IMG/VR virus record: IMGVR_UViG_3300037424_000300
Location: 1 to 34,012 of that record
Strand: one strand, 5' to 3'
DNA: 34,012 nucleotides
From: a virus
Taxonomy: Duplodnaviria > Caudoviricetes
The position numbers and the translations under genes were made by a program. Shown in pieces: positions 24,436-33,370 of the stretch (position 1 is the stretch's first letter; each line of letters opens with the position of its first letter). Under the pieces are notes generated by a model. That model was not told the DNA's origin, ran no database searches, and saw only the letters and a program-made list of their open reading frames with translations.

Positions 24436-24855
24436 TTATGCGAGGGTGAGGACGCCGTTCGTGGGCGACATATCGACGGTGAAAGTTTCGCTGTCAGCCA
24501 GCGTGATGGACGAACCGTAATCCCACGCGCCGATCAGCTCATCATTCGTCGCCGTGTTGTTGTAGAGCACGACATAGCGGAACGGCCCCATCGCCGCGCC
24601 GGACGCCGTAAACACCAGATCGGCCAGCACGAGTTTGTATGTGCCAGCAGACTGAGAGCCAGAGGTAATGACGATCTGCTTACCGCCGGTCGCATAGCCG
24701 CCAGAAGCGGTAATCTGTGTCACCGCCGCGAGATTGGTCATGCCAGCAGACAGCGCCGTGTTGCTGAGCGCGATATGCAGCGTGTCGCTGTCGAGGTCGT
24801 GCACCTTTTCGGCCATGGCTTCGACGAAGCTGTTGAATTTTATAAACGCAGCCAT
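24436..24855 (-). CDS. Small fibre subunit (139 aa)
   Basis: TLHIALSN, QITASGGYATGG, FTASG..GPFRYVVLYN, LIGAWDYGSSITL.DSETFTV; AGGAG RBS. Confidence 0.75.
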   Translation of the reverse strand: MAAFIKFNSFVEAMAEKVHDLDSDTLHIALSNTALSAGMTNLAAVTQITASGGYATGGKQIVITSGSQSAGTYKLVLADLVFTASGAAMGPFRYVVLYNNTATNDELIGAWDYGSSITLADSETFTVDMSPTNGVLTLA

Positions 24856-24859
24856 GTGG

Positions 24860-25177
24860 CTAGTCTCCTGGTTGAATGGTTACCTGTTTCTGATAATCAG
24901 CGTGCCCGGTTACCGCAGGTCTGGTGCGGGCCAGCCCTGAGGCGATGACATTGCGCAGGCTCTCCGTCGCCGCTGCGCCCTGGTGTACGTCCTGCCCCAC
25001 CTGCACCATCATCATGGCGTGCCATACCTGCGTGCAGCGCCATGTCTCCGATGTGACGCCGGTGGCCTTGTCCGTGACGGCAAGCGGTATCCACAGCTCG
25101 CAGGTGTGGCAGACTTTCGAGCACTTATCGCGGAACTGCGGACAGCGCATGCCGCTTTTGTTTTCGGGCTTGGTCAT
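24860..25177 (-). CDS. Cys-rich tail-fibre partner protein (105 aa)
   Basis: CPQFRDKCSKVCHTCELW...WRC...GAAATESLRN; ATG 25177 coupled to the fibre stop. Confidence 0.75.
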   Translation of the reverse strand: MTKPENKSGMRCPQFRDKCSKVCHTCELWIPLAVTDKATGVTSETWRCTQVWHAMMMVQVGQDVHQGAAATESLRNVIASGLARTRPAVTGHADYQKQVTIQPGD

Positions 25178-25983
25178 GCTGGTGCATCGCAGGTGCACAG
25201 CATGCAATCGACGTACTTCACAGCCAAATTGATTGCGGTGCCGGTGAATGAATGCGTGTGCGTCTCTCCGCCGCCAGTGTTCGCGTTGCTGACGGTGATG
25301 CCAGTGGCCGACGATCCAGTCGTGCCGCCCGTATGGCTCACAATGCCACCCGATCCTATAGCCCCGGCTGTGCCTGTATTTACAGTATACGAATGGGTAT
25401 GCCCAGGGTCCGTGACAGTCGCCGTGTGCGTGTGCGCCGGCATTTGAGCCGAGCTGATTGCCGTCCCGCCTACTGTGCCCGCCGGCGTCTGGCTGGTGAA
25501 TGCGGTGGTGAAATCCACCGTGCCCCCGCTCGACGGAGTGCCACTCACAATGCGCGATGCGGCGTTGTTGTAGGTTGTGACCTTCGTCCAGCCAACCGGC
25601 GCTGTGGCTTGGTAGAACGCCATGGTCGTGCCGGAAGGGAACGGCGTAAGGATCGCACGGGCCGCGTCGGCGTCTGCGGCCAGGGTGAGAGTAAACCCCC
25701 ATGTGGAAAACAGGTCATCCACCTGACCCTTGGTCGCCGCATCCGTCGCCACGGTGCCGTCAGCCATGGCCGTGATCTTGTGCGAGCCAAGGTTCATATT
25801 GCCGGTGGCGGCGTTTGAGCCGTCACGGAACATGCTGCCGTTGATGCCGCCAGCCAGATCGTTTTCCCGAGCATCAGCCAGCGCCGCCGTGCATTTGGCA
25901 CCAGCCGCCTGCGCCGCGACGTTGACGGTTGATCCGGTGCGAACGCCGTCAGAGCGCGTGTAAACTCCACCTGAAATAGGCAT
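25174..25983 (-). CDS. Tail fibre with collar-like domain
   Basis: DLAGGINGSMFRDG anchor, ADGT..TDAATKGQ, PSGTTMAFYQATAPVGWTK, HTH/HSH repeats (MPAHTH, DPGHTH). Confidence 0.85.
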   Translation of the reverse strand: MPISGGVYTRSDGVRTGSTVNVAAQAAGAKCTAALADARENDLAGGINGSMFRDGSNAATGNMNLGSHKITAMADGTVATDAATKGQVDDLFSTWGFTLTLAADADAARAILTPFPSGTTMAFYQATAPVGWTKVTTYNNAASRIVSGTPSSGGTVDFTTAFTSQTPAGTVGGTAISSAQMPAHTHTATVTDPGHTHSYTVNTGTAGAIGSGGIVSHTGGTTGSSATGITVSNANTGGGETHTHSFTGTAINLAVKYVDCMLCTCDAPA

Positions 25984-27893
25984 TATCGTCTCTCCATCAT
26001 GGCTCTGCGTAGCGCCTCGCGCCGCTTCTGTTCTGGGGTAAGTTCGGCTTGGATGGCCTGATAGGGCAGGGTCGCGATGTTGGCCGTTGGGGCTGTGTCC
26101 TTAAGCGCCTTCGCCAGCGCCGCCCGCGTTTCAGCCCCGCCCGCCGCCATGGACCGGATAGCGGCCTGCACGGGCGGTAGATATCCAGCCGCCAGGGCCG
26201 CGTCAGTCGCCACCATGGGCAACGCCACGCCCGTGCCAAGTCCAGCTCCGTATATTCCGGCCCCGATCATCCCGCGCCCGGCAGTGCCGCTGTCAGGAAC
26301 ACGCTTCCTCATGACGGACTTGGCGTCGTCGGCGAACGCCTGCATTCTGGCCTCGCCCTTCGCCACGGCGTTTTTGCGCGCCGACTTGTCCATGACGTGC
26401 GTGGCATTGGAGAGTTGCGAGGCTGAAATAACGCCGTCCTCAGCCGCCACGGAACCGGCGGCGCGGTCGAAGCGCGTCATTTTGGCAAAGGCGAGGTTCG
26501 TATCCTTTAGCTTCTGTGTCAGCTCTGCCGGGCTATGCCGGGCCGCCATGTCCGTGACGGCATCGTTCACCTCAGCCAGCTTCCTTCCGAGGGTCTTGTC
26601 ATGAAAGCTGCCGTTCGACTTTATGAGGCCGGTGCTCTCGTCGCGGATGTCGGCCATGGCGGCTTGCAGGTCGCGCCCGTCAAGACGCCCGGCTGGGTTC
26701 ACCTTGCCCATGAGGTTGCGCGAAATTGCATCGTCAAACGCCGCTTGCTTCTCCGCCGGAACAGTGGTCCTGATCGCGGCAATCTCCTGCTGCAACGGCT
26801 GATCGAACTCGCCGCGCATCTGCGGCACCACGGTGTTGTAGCGCGCCGATATCTTCGCCGATGCCTCTTTGATGGCTTCCCGGCCGACGGGCGCCGTGGA
26901 TTTCTCGCCGATGGACGACAGCACTTCGTCAAGGGCCGCGCGGTTGAAGCCAGCTTCTGAGCGGCGCTGCGCCGAGCGGATAGCCATCCCGAGAATCGGC
27001 ACACTCGTTGCGGCGTCCTCGACGTATTTCGCAAAGCCGCCAAGCGTTTCACCAGCGGTCAGCGGCACACCGCGCTTAATGAGGGCCTGCGCCTTTTCCG
27101 TTGCCCAGGGGCCAACCGTGCTCGTCACACCCTGCATACCCGCGCCAGTGGCGAAGCCAACACCGGCCTGCTGCCCCTTCTCCTGCCAGAAGTCCGCCGG
27201 TTTTCCCTCAGTTGGCTGCGCTGAGGCGAACAGAGCGCCGCGTGCGCCTTCACTGGCGAGGGCCGGGAGGAATGCCTTCCCCTGCGGGATGACCGCCCCA
27301 GCGCCCTTAACCAGCCCCAGGTTGGCTGGCGAGGCTACGGCGGCGAGTACGCGGTTAGGGTCGAACTCCGGCCCGGTCTTCTTGCCTGCCAGATCTGTTT
27401 GCGTTCCGTAGCCCGCTTCACGCTCTGCCGTAACGCGCTCAGCGTAGAGGCGCGCCGCATCTGCGTCTGCCCCCTCAGTGGCTCCGGGGTTGTAGCCCAT
27501 CTTACCAGCGGCATAGTCCACGCCGCGCGCTGCGAGCTGCTCAATGCCGGTAGGCGTTTCGAGCGCCGTCAGATAGCCGCGATACAGGCGGCTGGTGAGA
27601 GGGCTGGATCTGAACTCGCTTGGCTCAACAGGAACGCCGTTTACCGGCGCCGGAGTTGTGCCGCCGGTTGAGGGGCGGTCGCGGAAAGACGATGGCTGCT
27701 GGTCAAACGGAACCGGCGCGCCCTGAGACGTCTTCGGCATTTCGTCGAACTGACCTTGCGCCGCAGGCGTCTGGCCGGCACCTATCGCCTGCGGGGCCAT
27801 GCCGCGCCGCCGAGCCTCTTGCAGCAATTCTAGCGTGTCCGGCGGAAGAATTCCGCGCCGTTCCGCCTCAAGCATCAATTCCATATCGGCCAT
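25983..27893 (-). CDS. Internal virion/DNA ejection protein (636 aa)
   Basis: Ala/Gly-rich helical protein with GVPLTAGE and PDSGTAGR motifs; podoviral core gene position. Confidence 0.7.
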   Translation of the reverse strand: MADMELMLEAERRGILPPDTLELLQEARRRGMAPQAIGAGQTPAAQGQFDEMPKTSQGAPVPFDQQPSSFRDRPSTGGTTPAPVNGVPVEPSEFRSSPLTSRLYRGYLTALETPTGIEQLAARGVDYAAGKMGYNPGATEGADADAARLYAERVTAEREAGYGTQTDLAGKKTGPEFDPNRVLAAVASPANLGLVKGAGAVIPQGKAFLPALASEGARGALFASAQPTEGKPADFWQEKGQQAGVGFATGAGMQGVTSTVGPWATEKAQALIKRGVPLTAGETLGGFAKYVEDAATSVPILGMAIRSAQRRSEAGFNRAALDEVLSSIGEKSTAPVGREAIKEASAKISARYNTVVPQMRGEFDQPLQQEIAAIRTTVPAEKQAAFDDAISRNLMGKVNPAGRLDGRDLQAAMADIRDESTGLIKSNGSFHDKTLGRKLAEVNDAVTDMAARHSPAELTQKLKDTNLAFAKMTRFDRAAGSVAAEDGVISASQLSNATHVMDKSARKNAVAKGEARMQAFADDAKSVMRKRVPDSGTAGRGMIGAGIYGAGLGTGVALPMVATDAALAAGYLPPVQAAIRSMAAGGAETRAALAKALKDTAPTANIATLPYQAIQAELTPEQKRREALRRAMMERR

Positions 27894-27896
27894 GGT

Positions 27897-29870
27897 TTAA
27901 AACCCCAACGCGCGCTTAAGTTCATCGTCTGTCAGGTCGCCCGGCGTCCTCCGCGCAGGCGTTGCAGCTTGTGGCGTGGCTGGTGCTGCCCGAGGTCCAG
28001 CATGGGGGGCTGGGACGGGCGCCGGAACTCCAGCCGGTTGAGCCGCCATCGCCTTCTGTCTCTCCGCCGCGTCAACCCGATCAAGGTGGTCACTCGCCGC
28101 CTTCGGCAGCTCCATTCCGATGGCCCGAGCATCCCGCAGACGCTGCACAGCTTCATCCTCCAGGCCCTTCAAAATAGCCTTTTGGGTCTCGATGGGTTTG
28201 TCGAGTGACGGCAGCGTGCCGCGCGCGATAGCCCGTTCAGATTCGGTAATAGCGCCTTGGCCCTTCATCCGCATCTGTGCCACGCTCAGCTCCAGGTCTT
28301 TCAGGGACTGGCCTACCATGTCACGGGACTGCTGACGGTCAGCGTTCGTGCCGAACATACGATTTAGGGTCTGGTTAGTCTCGCTTGCCGAGATAGGCCC
28401 GAACGTGCCTTCCGGTGCGGTGTCCGTGCGTTCCTGAAGCCGTCCGAGGCCGCGCAGGAATGCGTCTGCGCCTTGCGCGTTTGTTCTTATCTGGTCCTGG
28501 TTCGTTTCACGCTTTTTGGCTTCAGTGTCCAGTTCTGCCTTCGGCACGAAAACCGGCTGGCCATCTCGGTACTGAAAACCGTTGGCGTCCTGGCGGTGCA
28601 CATAGCCTTCCGGCGCTTTTGGAACCGGCATGCCGTACTGCATCCCAGGCTGAGGGGGAGAAGACGCAGGCGCTTGGCTGGACGTCGTGGGCTGTTCCGG
28701 CATGGCCAGTGCTTGAGCCGGTCCTTGAGCTGGGGTTGGCGCGACGGTCTGCTGTCCTGAAACGGTAGGAGCTTCGCGCACCTCGCCGGTATGCTTGTTG
28801 AACATGCGGGCGGGCATTGGGCGGCCGTAGCTATCCGTCTGCGCTGGCATCACCTGCCAATCCTGCGCTTTCGGCCCAGTCGCGGCGAGCATGGCTGACG
28901 CGGCGGCGTTGGCCGTCTCAGGGTTCTGCGCCATGACGTTCAGCAGCGCTGTGCGGTCTCCGCTGTTCACCGCCGCCGCCATGGCGTCGCGCAGTTTGGT
29001 TTTCCAGGCGCGGTTTTCGTCGGCGGCTTGGCTGGTGGTGTACATGCCGGCGCCGTATTTGGCGATGTTTCCCAGTGCCTCCCAGCCATTGCGGGATTGC
29101 GAGCCTGCCGCCTGCTGCATCATGGCTTGTGCAAGTGCCGCCTTGGTGCCGTCCGGGGGGAGAGGGATGTTATCGGGCGTAGGACGGCCGGGGGCCGCGT
29201 CAGATGCCTTGCCTGTGCCGGCCTGAGCCGTGCGCTCTGTGGGCATCGTCTGTCCGCTGGCAACGTCCACGGGGTTACCTTGATCGTCGTAGGCGCCCTG
29301 CGTCTGGGCGAGCCGGGTTTTCATCCGCTCTGCCATCATGGAGCCGTTAGGATCGGCAGGAGCGCCGTCAGCGCGGCCCTCCGGCGCCAGGAACGCATGA
29401 GAGCTATCTTCGAACGTCTGATTTGAGTACTGCCCTGTGGACGAATCGTAGCCCGTCCAGTTCGCGCCGCGAGGCCCCCAGTTCTTATATTTCGAGGGGT
29501 TCTGCGCCTCCAGGCCGAGCATGACATTGGGCTTGGCAAGAAAATGCGTGGCCCCGCCGGTCGGGTCGGCGATCTCACCGGACTGGCGCATGGCCACATA
29601 GTCCGTGAGCTGGCTGTACTCAGGGCTCTTGACGATGCCAGGAAGGCGCGCCTGCTGTGACGGCTCAATCGTGGGCTGGTAGATGGAGCGCGACACATGC
29701 GCCCCCAGCGGCTCGCCGGACTTACCCGCCCGGTTTACCATGGCGCTGGCCGCGTTCATGGCGTCGCCAACTTTGCTCTTTCCGGCCTCCATCAGCGCCA
29801 TGGCGGCGGCCTTCTGGTGGTCGGTCATGTTGTTCCAAATCGGATCGTTTCTCGTCCACGGTGAAGGCAT
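27897..29870 (-). CDS. Ejection protein with N-terminal SleB-like cell-wall hydrolase domain
   Basis: ALMEAG (candidate catalytic Glu), AMVNRA, DPTGGATHF, W, HAF; helical C-terminal part with GAITESE. Confidence 0.75.
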   Translation of the reverse strand: MPSPWTRNDPIWNNMTDHQKAAAMALMEAGKSKVGDAMNAASAMVNRAGKSGEPLGAHVSRSIYQPTIEPSQQARLPGIVKSPEYSQLTDYVAMRQSGEIADPTGGATHFLAKPNVMLGLEAQNPSKYKNWGPRGANWTGYDSSTGQYSNQTFEDSSHAFLAPEGRADGAPADPNGSMMAERMKTRLAQTQGAYDDQGNPVDVASGQTMPTERTAQAGTGKASDAAPGRPTPDNIPLPPDGTKAALAQAMMQQAAGSQSRNGWEALGNIAKYGAGMYTTSQAADENRAWKTKLRDAMAAAVNSGDRTALLNVMAQNPETANAAASAMLAATGPKAQDWQVMPAQTDSYGRPMPARMFNKHTGEVREAPTVSGQQTVAPTPAQGPAQALAMPEQPTTSSQAPASSPPQPGMQYGMPVPKAPEGYVHRQDANGFQYRDGQPVFVPKAELDTEAKKRETNQDQIRTNAQGADAFLRGLGRLQERTDTAPEGTFGPISASETNQTLNRMFGTNADRQQSRDMVGQSLKDLELSVAQMRMKGQGAITESERAIARGTLPSLDKPIETQKAILKGLEDEAVQRLRDARAIGMELPKAASDHLDRVDAAERQKAMAAQPAGVPAPVPAPHAGPRAAPATPQAATPARRTPGDLTDDELKRALGF

Positions 29871-29882
29871 GTTCTGTGATCC

Positions 29883-30287
29883 TTAAGCGACTGTGTTTCC
29901 GCCGGACTGCGCGCCACCTGCTTGACGGCGCATCAGCGCTTGAACCAAGCTGCCGAAAAACGGCATTTTGCTCAGCGCAGCCAAGTCCGGTGTTTGAGAT
30001 GCCCCGCCAGTCTGTGGGGTAGCCGCTGGCGCGGCCGGAACAGGCTGCGCGGGGCTACCGGCGGCAGACTGGGGAAATACTTGAGGCGCTGACGTGTAAG
30101 GCGTGCCGGAGGCGCGGCCAATCACCTTGTCGCGCATAGCCTGCAACTGCGCCATGCTCTCCGGCGTGATCCCCTGAGCTGGCTTGAAGCGGTTGCCGTA
30201 AGCCGGATAGGTGCTCGACGATACCGGCGTGGCGCTGGTCGCCGCCGCTGGTTTTGCGCTGGTTGATGCGTCCGATGCTCCGCACAT
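29883..30287 (-). CDS. Small ejection/virion protein starting Met-Cys
   Basis: 134 aa low-complexity protein; GAGG RBS; lies between pilot and ejection genes. Confidence 0.65.
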   Translation of the reverse strand: MCGASDASTSAKPAAATSATPVSSSTYPAYGNRFKPAQGITPESMAQLQAMRDKVIGRASGTPYTSAPQVFPQSAAGSPAQPVPAAPAATPQTGGASQTPDLAALSKMPFFGSLVQALMRRQAGGAQSGGNTVA

Positions 30288-30291
30288 GCGA

Positions 30292-31467
30292 TTAGCCTCT
30301 CTTGTGTTTCAGGTTTTCGGTGCGCGCTTCGAGAGCCTTCACGGCCGCCGTTAGCCGGCCAACCATGCCGCCCATGTCGATCATGTGGCCGTCGCTGCTT
30401 TCCGGGAAAGCCTCTTGCCAGTCCTGCGCCATCGGGCCGACGCGGTGCTCAGGCAGGCCGTATTCCGCGCGCGCCGCATCCTTGTAGCGGTAGCTGTCCA
30501 CCGGCATTTCCCTAATCATCATGAGCGTGTGCTCGCCATCGGCAGGTTTGCGGTCGGTCTTCAGGTTCTCGTCGCTCATCATCATCATGGCCGCCATAGC
30601 CATAGACCCAATGGCGCTCGAATTTGCTTGGCTGTTTGATGCGTTCTGAGCGTCGGCGGACTGATATGCGCCCATGGCATTTGTCGTTGGGGTGCTGAGG
30701 GCCGCCGTGTTTATCGCTGTAGGCGCGGTGTATGACGGCTGAGACGCCGCGACGTTCGGGTTTGACGCCGAATACTGGCCTGTCCCCATGGCCGACAGTT
30801 CGTTGTAGGGCAGCATTTGCAGGGACGAATCAACGCCAACCTGCCGCGTCTGTTCCGCGCCGGCATCCAACTGAGCCTGCCGGGCCGCGTCGGCGAGCGA
30901 CTGATTCGTGGTTGCCTGGTAACGGCTCATCTCGTTGTTATAAATTTCGCTGCCAACGGGAATTCCGCGATCCTGAAGTGACTGCGAAAGTTCTGTTCCC
31001 TGCGCCGAGATCTGGGGCTGGAGGCGGCCAACCAACTGCTGGTAGGACGTATCCGCAATGCTGCTTGTGTCCTTCGCCGAGACGTTCTCGCCCGGCAAGC
31101 GACCAATGATGCTGCTCGACGCGCCATATTTCTGGTTTAGCAGATCCTGGCTGTTCAGATCGGTCGCCAGCGACGCGGGGTAAACCGTGTCAAGATAGGC
31201 GTTTCCGGCCCCATACTGGTTGCGCTTGTAGTCGTTCGACGCGGCAGATGTTCCGAAAGTGTCGTCAATATACCCTTGCAGTTGGGGGCTATACGACGTA
31301 TTTTGAGCAAGCGGAACACCATTTTCGTCGCGCTGGTAAACAGTGCTGCCGAACGGGTTATACTGGTCTACAGCGTTTATACTTGCTGTATTCTGCAAAT
31401 TCTCAAGATTTGCAGCAGTCTGCGCGTCAATTGCAACTTTAGGATCAGTCGGTTCACTTGCACACAT
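30292..31467 (-). CDS. DNA pilot/ejection protein with C-terminal peptidase S74 chaperone domain
   Basis: Start MCASEPTDPK; VDQYNPFGS, L..RGIPVGSE.YN; SDENLKTD..YRYK..VGPMAQD. Confidence 0.8.
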   Translation of the reverse strand: MCASEPTDPKVAIDAQTAANLENLQNTASINAVDQYNPFGSTVYQRDENGVPLAQNTSYSPQLQGYIDDTFGTSAASNDYKRNQYGAGNAYLDTVYPASLATDLNSQDLLNQKYGASSSIIGRLPGENVSAKDTSSIADTSYQQLVGRLQPQISAQGTELSQSLQDRGIPVGSEIYNNEMSRYQATTNQSLADAARQAQLDAGAEQTRQVGVDSSLQMLPYNELSAMGTGQYSASNPNVAASQPSYTAPTAINTAALSTPTTNAMGAYQSADAQNASNSQANSSAIGSMAMAAMMMMSDENLKTDRKPADGEHTLMMIREMPVDSYRYKDAARAEYGLPEHRVGPMAQDWQEAFPESSDGHMIDMGGMVGRLTAAVKALEARTENLKHKRG

Positions 31468-31472
31468 TTGAA

Positions 31473-31904
31473 TTAGCCTTTCATCCCTGCCAAGACTTCC
31501 ATGCGCTCCCGGAAGAACGCGAAGCATTCGGCCTTGTGCTCGTCACCATCGGTCGGGCCGTAGACGCGCCTCTGGCATCCCTCATAGACCGCTCCGAGCT
31601 TCCGCACTCCGCGCGCCATGGACGGCTTGCGCGTGCGCACCGTGAGCCGGTTGAGGCCAAGAACTTTGACGGCAACGGCGAAAATCTCCCGCAGGATGTG
31701 GCGCTTGAGCGTGCCAGGGCCGAAGAAATGCACTTCCGCGTCGCTTCCGGTCCACCCGCTGAATGCGAACGCCCCGCACAGCTTCCCGTCCTCGCCCGCG
31801 ATGCCAACGGCCATGTCGATGTGGAAGGGCTTGCAGCGCCAGATGTGGAACGCCCAGCCCGCCACATCAGCGTCATGGCCGTAAACCGTGAACGTCTTGG
31901 TCAC
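31473..31904 (-). CDS. GNAT-family acetyltransferase-like protein (T7 gp13 position)
   Basis: GTG 31904 coupled to the nozzle stop; LGLNRLTVRT, RKLGAVYEGCQRRVYG. Confidence 0.75.
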   Translation of the reverse strand: MTKTFTVYGHDADVAGWAFHIWRCKPFHIDMAVGIAGEDGKLCGAFAFSGWTGSDAEVHFFGPGTLKRHILREIFAVAVKVLGLNRLTVRTRKPSMARGVRKLGAVYEGCQRRVYGPTDGDEHKAECFAFFRERMEVLAGMKG

Positions 31905-33370
31905 AGCAGCCCCGCCCGTGTCGCGATAATCTCGCTCGTGTTCCAGTCCAGCGTTGTGGCTTTGGAGAATACACGAAGAGCCGGTGCAACGGCCCGCCCG
32001 CGCCCGCGTGCTTTGTGCCAGTGCCGGACGCCGGTACCGGACGCGCCCCAATCGCTGCCCCAATCGTCACCCCAGGCCATGCCCGAGCCAGCCGATTGGA
32101 TGTCGAAAACGGTCTGCTGGTACTCCGCCTCGTCGAAGTCCACGTCGAGGGCGAACTGCGCCTCTGCGATGCCGTCGCACTTGATGTTGAAGCGGGAGAA
32201 GGTGTATTTTGCGTCGCGCTGCCCCTGCACTGGATAGGTGAAGCCCTGGCGGGAGACGGCAACGATAGCGCTTCCGCCGTCCGTGCCGGTGTCGTGGTGC
32301 TTCACCTCTCCGCTCGACAGGTCGGCGTAATAGATTTCATTGCCCATGTGCGCCCATTGCGCGGCGTTCAGGTTGGTGTAAACCGTCCACGCCTGATTGC
32401 GCGTGTTGAACACATACTGCTTGGCCCGCGTTAGATCAGTCGGCACGTTGAAATACAGCAGCCCCTTGTGGAAGGTCGCCCCCCAGCCCGCGAGGTCTTT
32501 GTGCAGGGCATAATCTTCCGTCCAAACGGGGGTTATTTTGCCCCAGTTGGCGAGCGCATCCAGGTTGAAGGCAACGCCAGAGGTGATAAGCTCCAGCGGG
32601 ATTGGGCCACTCGCCGTCAGAATGATGATGTCGCCGCCCATACGTACATAAGCGCCGCTGGCGACCGGCTCAGGTGAAATGTACTTGTCCTGAAGGGCGA
32701 AACTGTTCTCCGGGTTGCCTGCGTACACCATGAGCTGTCCGGTGCTCATCAGGAAGCAGGTGTAATCCTTGAGGCCGAAAACGCGCACACATGAGCCGCC
32801 AGCCGAATATTGGGAGAGCTGGAATTTGGTGAGGGCGCCGGAGATGGCGTTTCGGCCGGCGTACCAGACATCAGCCGACTGGTTGACCGTGAACCACAGC
32901 CGCTCGTTTGCCTCATCCACCGTGCGCAGGGTGGACAGGGTGACGCCGGAGAAGCCCGTTGCCGTGACCGCTGTCCCCTCATAGCGCCAAGGCGTGTCCG
33001 CGCCGTTGACGGCGATCAGGTAGCCGTTGAGCTGCGCCATCACCCAATCGTTGCTGGTGTAGCCGGTCGCCAGTTCTGAGGGGGCAGCGCCGGTCACGTC
33101 ATAGATTTTTCCGCCCGCCGCCGCTAGAAGGTCGGTGCCGGTGTCGTCATAAAAGGCGTGCAAGGATGAGACTTTCGTCTCGCCCGTGTCGCAATGCGTC
33201 TCATATCCGGGCCGGATGCGGCAGCGGGGGCCATCTGGCAACCAGTTCTCCAGCAGTCGCGCTTCGTCGGCGGCCAGGGTGATGGCGCTATCGCGGGCGT
33301 TGAGGCCCTTGAACGGCGCGGGCACGGTGAATGCCTGCCCTTCGGTGGAGATAGCGCGCGGGTCAAGCAT
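31901..33370 (-). CDS. Tail nozzle/DNA stabilisation protein (beta-propeller, P22 gp10-like)
   Basis: PAPFKGLNARD, LENWLP, RPGY, AVNGAD, QYVFNT..AW motifs; directly after the adaptor. Confidence 0.85.
   Translation of the reverse strand: MLDPRAISTEGQAFTVPAPFKGLNARDSAITLAADEARLLENWLPDGPRCRIRPGYETHCDTGETKVSSLHAFYDDTGTDLLAAAGGKIYDVTGAAPSELATGYTSNDWVMAQLNGYLIAVNGADTPWRYEGTAVTATGFSGVTLSTLRTVDEANERLWFTVNQSADVWYAGRNAISGALTKFQLSQYSAGGSCVRVFGLKDYTCFLMSTGQLMVYAGNPENSFALQDKYISPEPVASGAYVRMGGDIIILTASGPIPLELITSGVAFNLDALANWGKITPVWTEDYALHKDLAGWGATFHKGLLYFNVPTDLTRAKQYVFNTRNQAWTVYTNLNAAQWAHMGNEIYYADLSSGEVKHHDTGTDGGSAIVAVSRQGFTYPVQGQRDAKYTFSRFNIKCDGIAEAQFALDVDFDEAEYQQTVFDIQSAGSGMAWGDDWGSDWGASGTGVRHWHKARGRGRAVAPALRVFSKATTLDWNTSEIIATRAGLL

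Noticed and set aside
24860-25702. 280-aa ORF overlapping the tail fibre, suggesting a programmed frameshift
   Set aside because: ATGA coupling at 25174-25177 explains a 105-aa gene; the upstream extension is an off-frame read and no slippery site was seen
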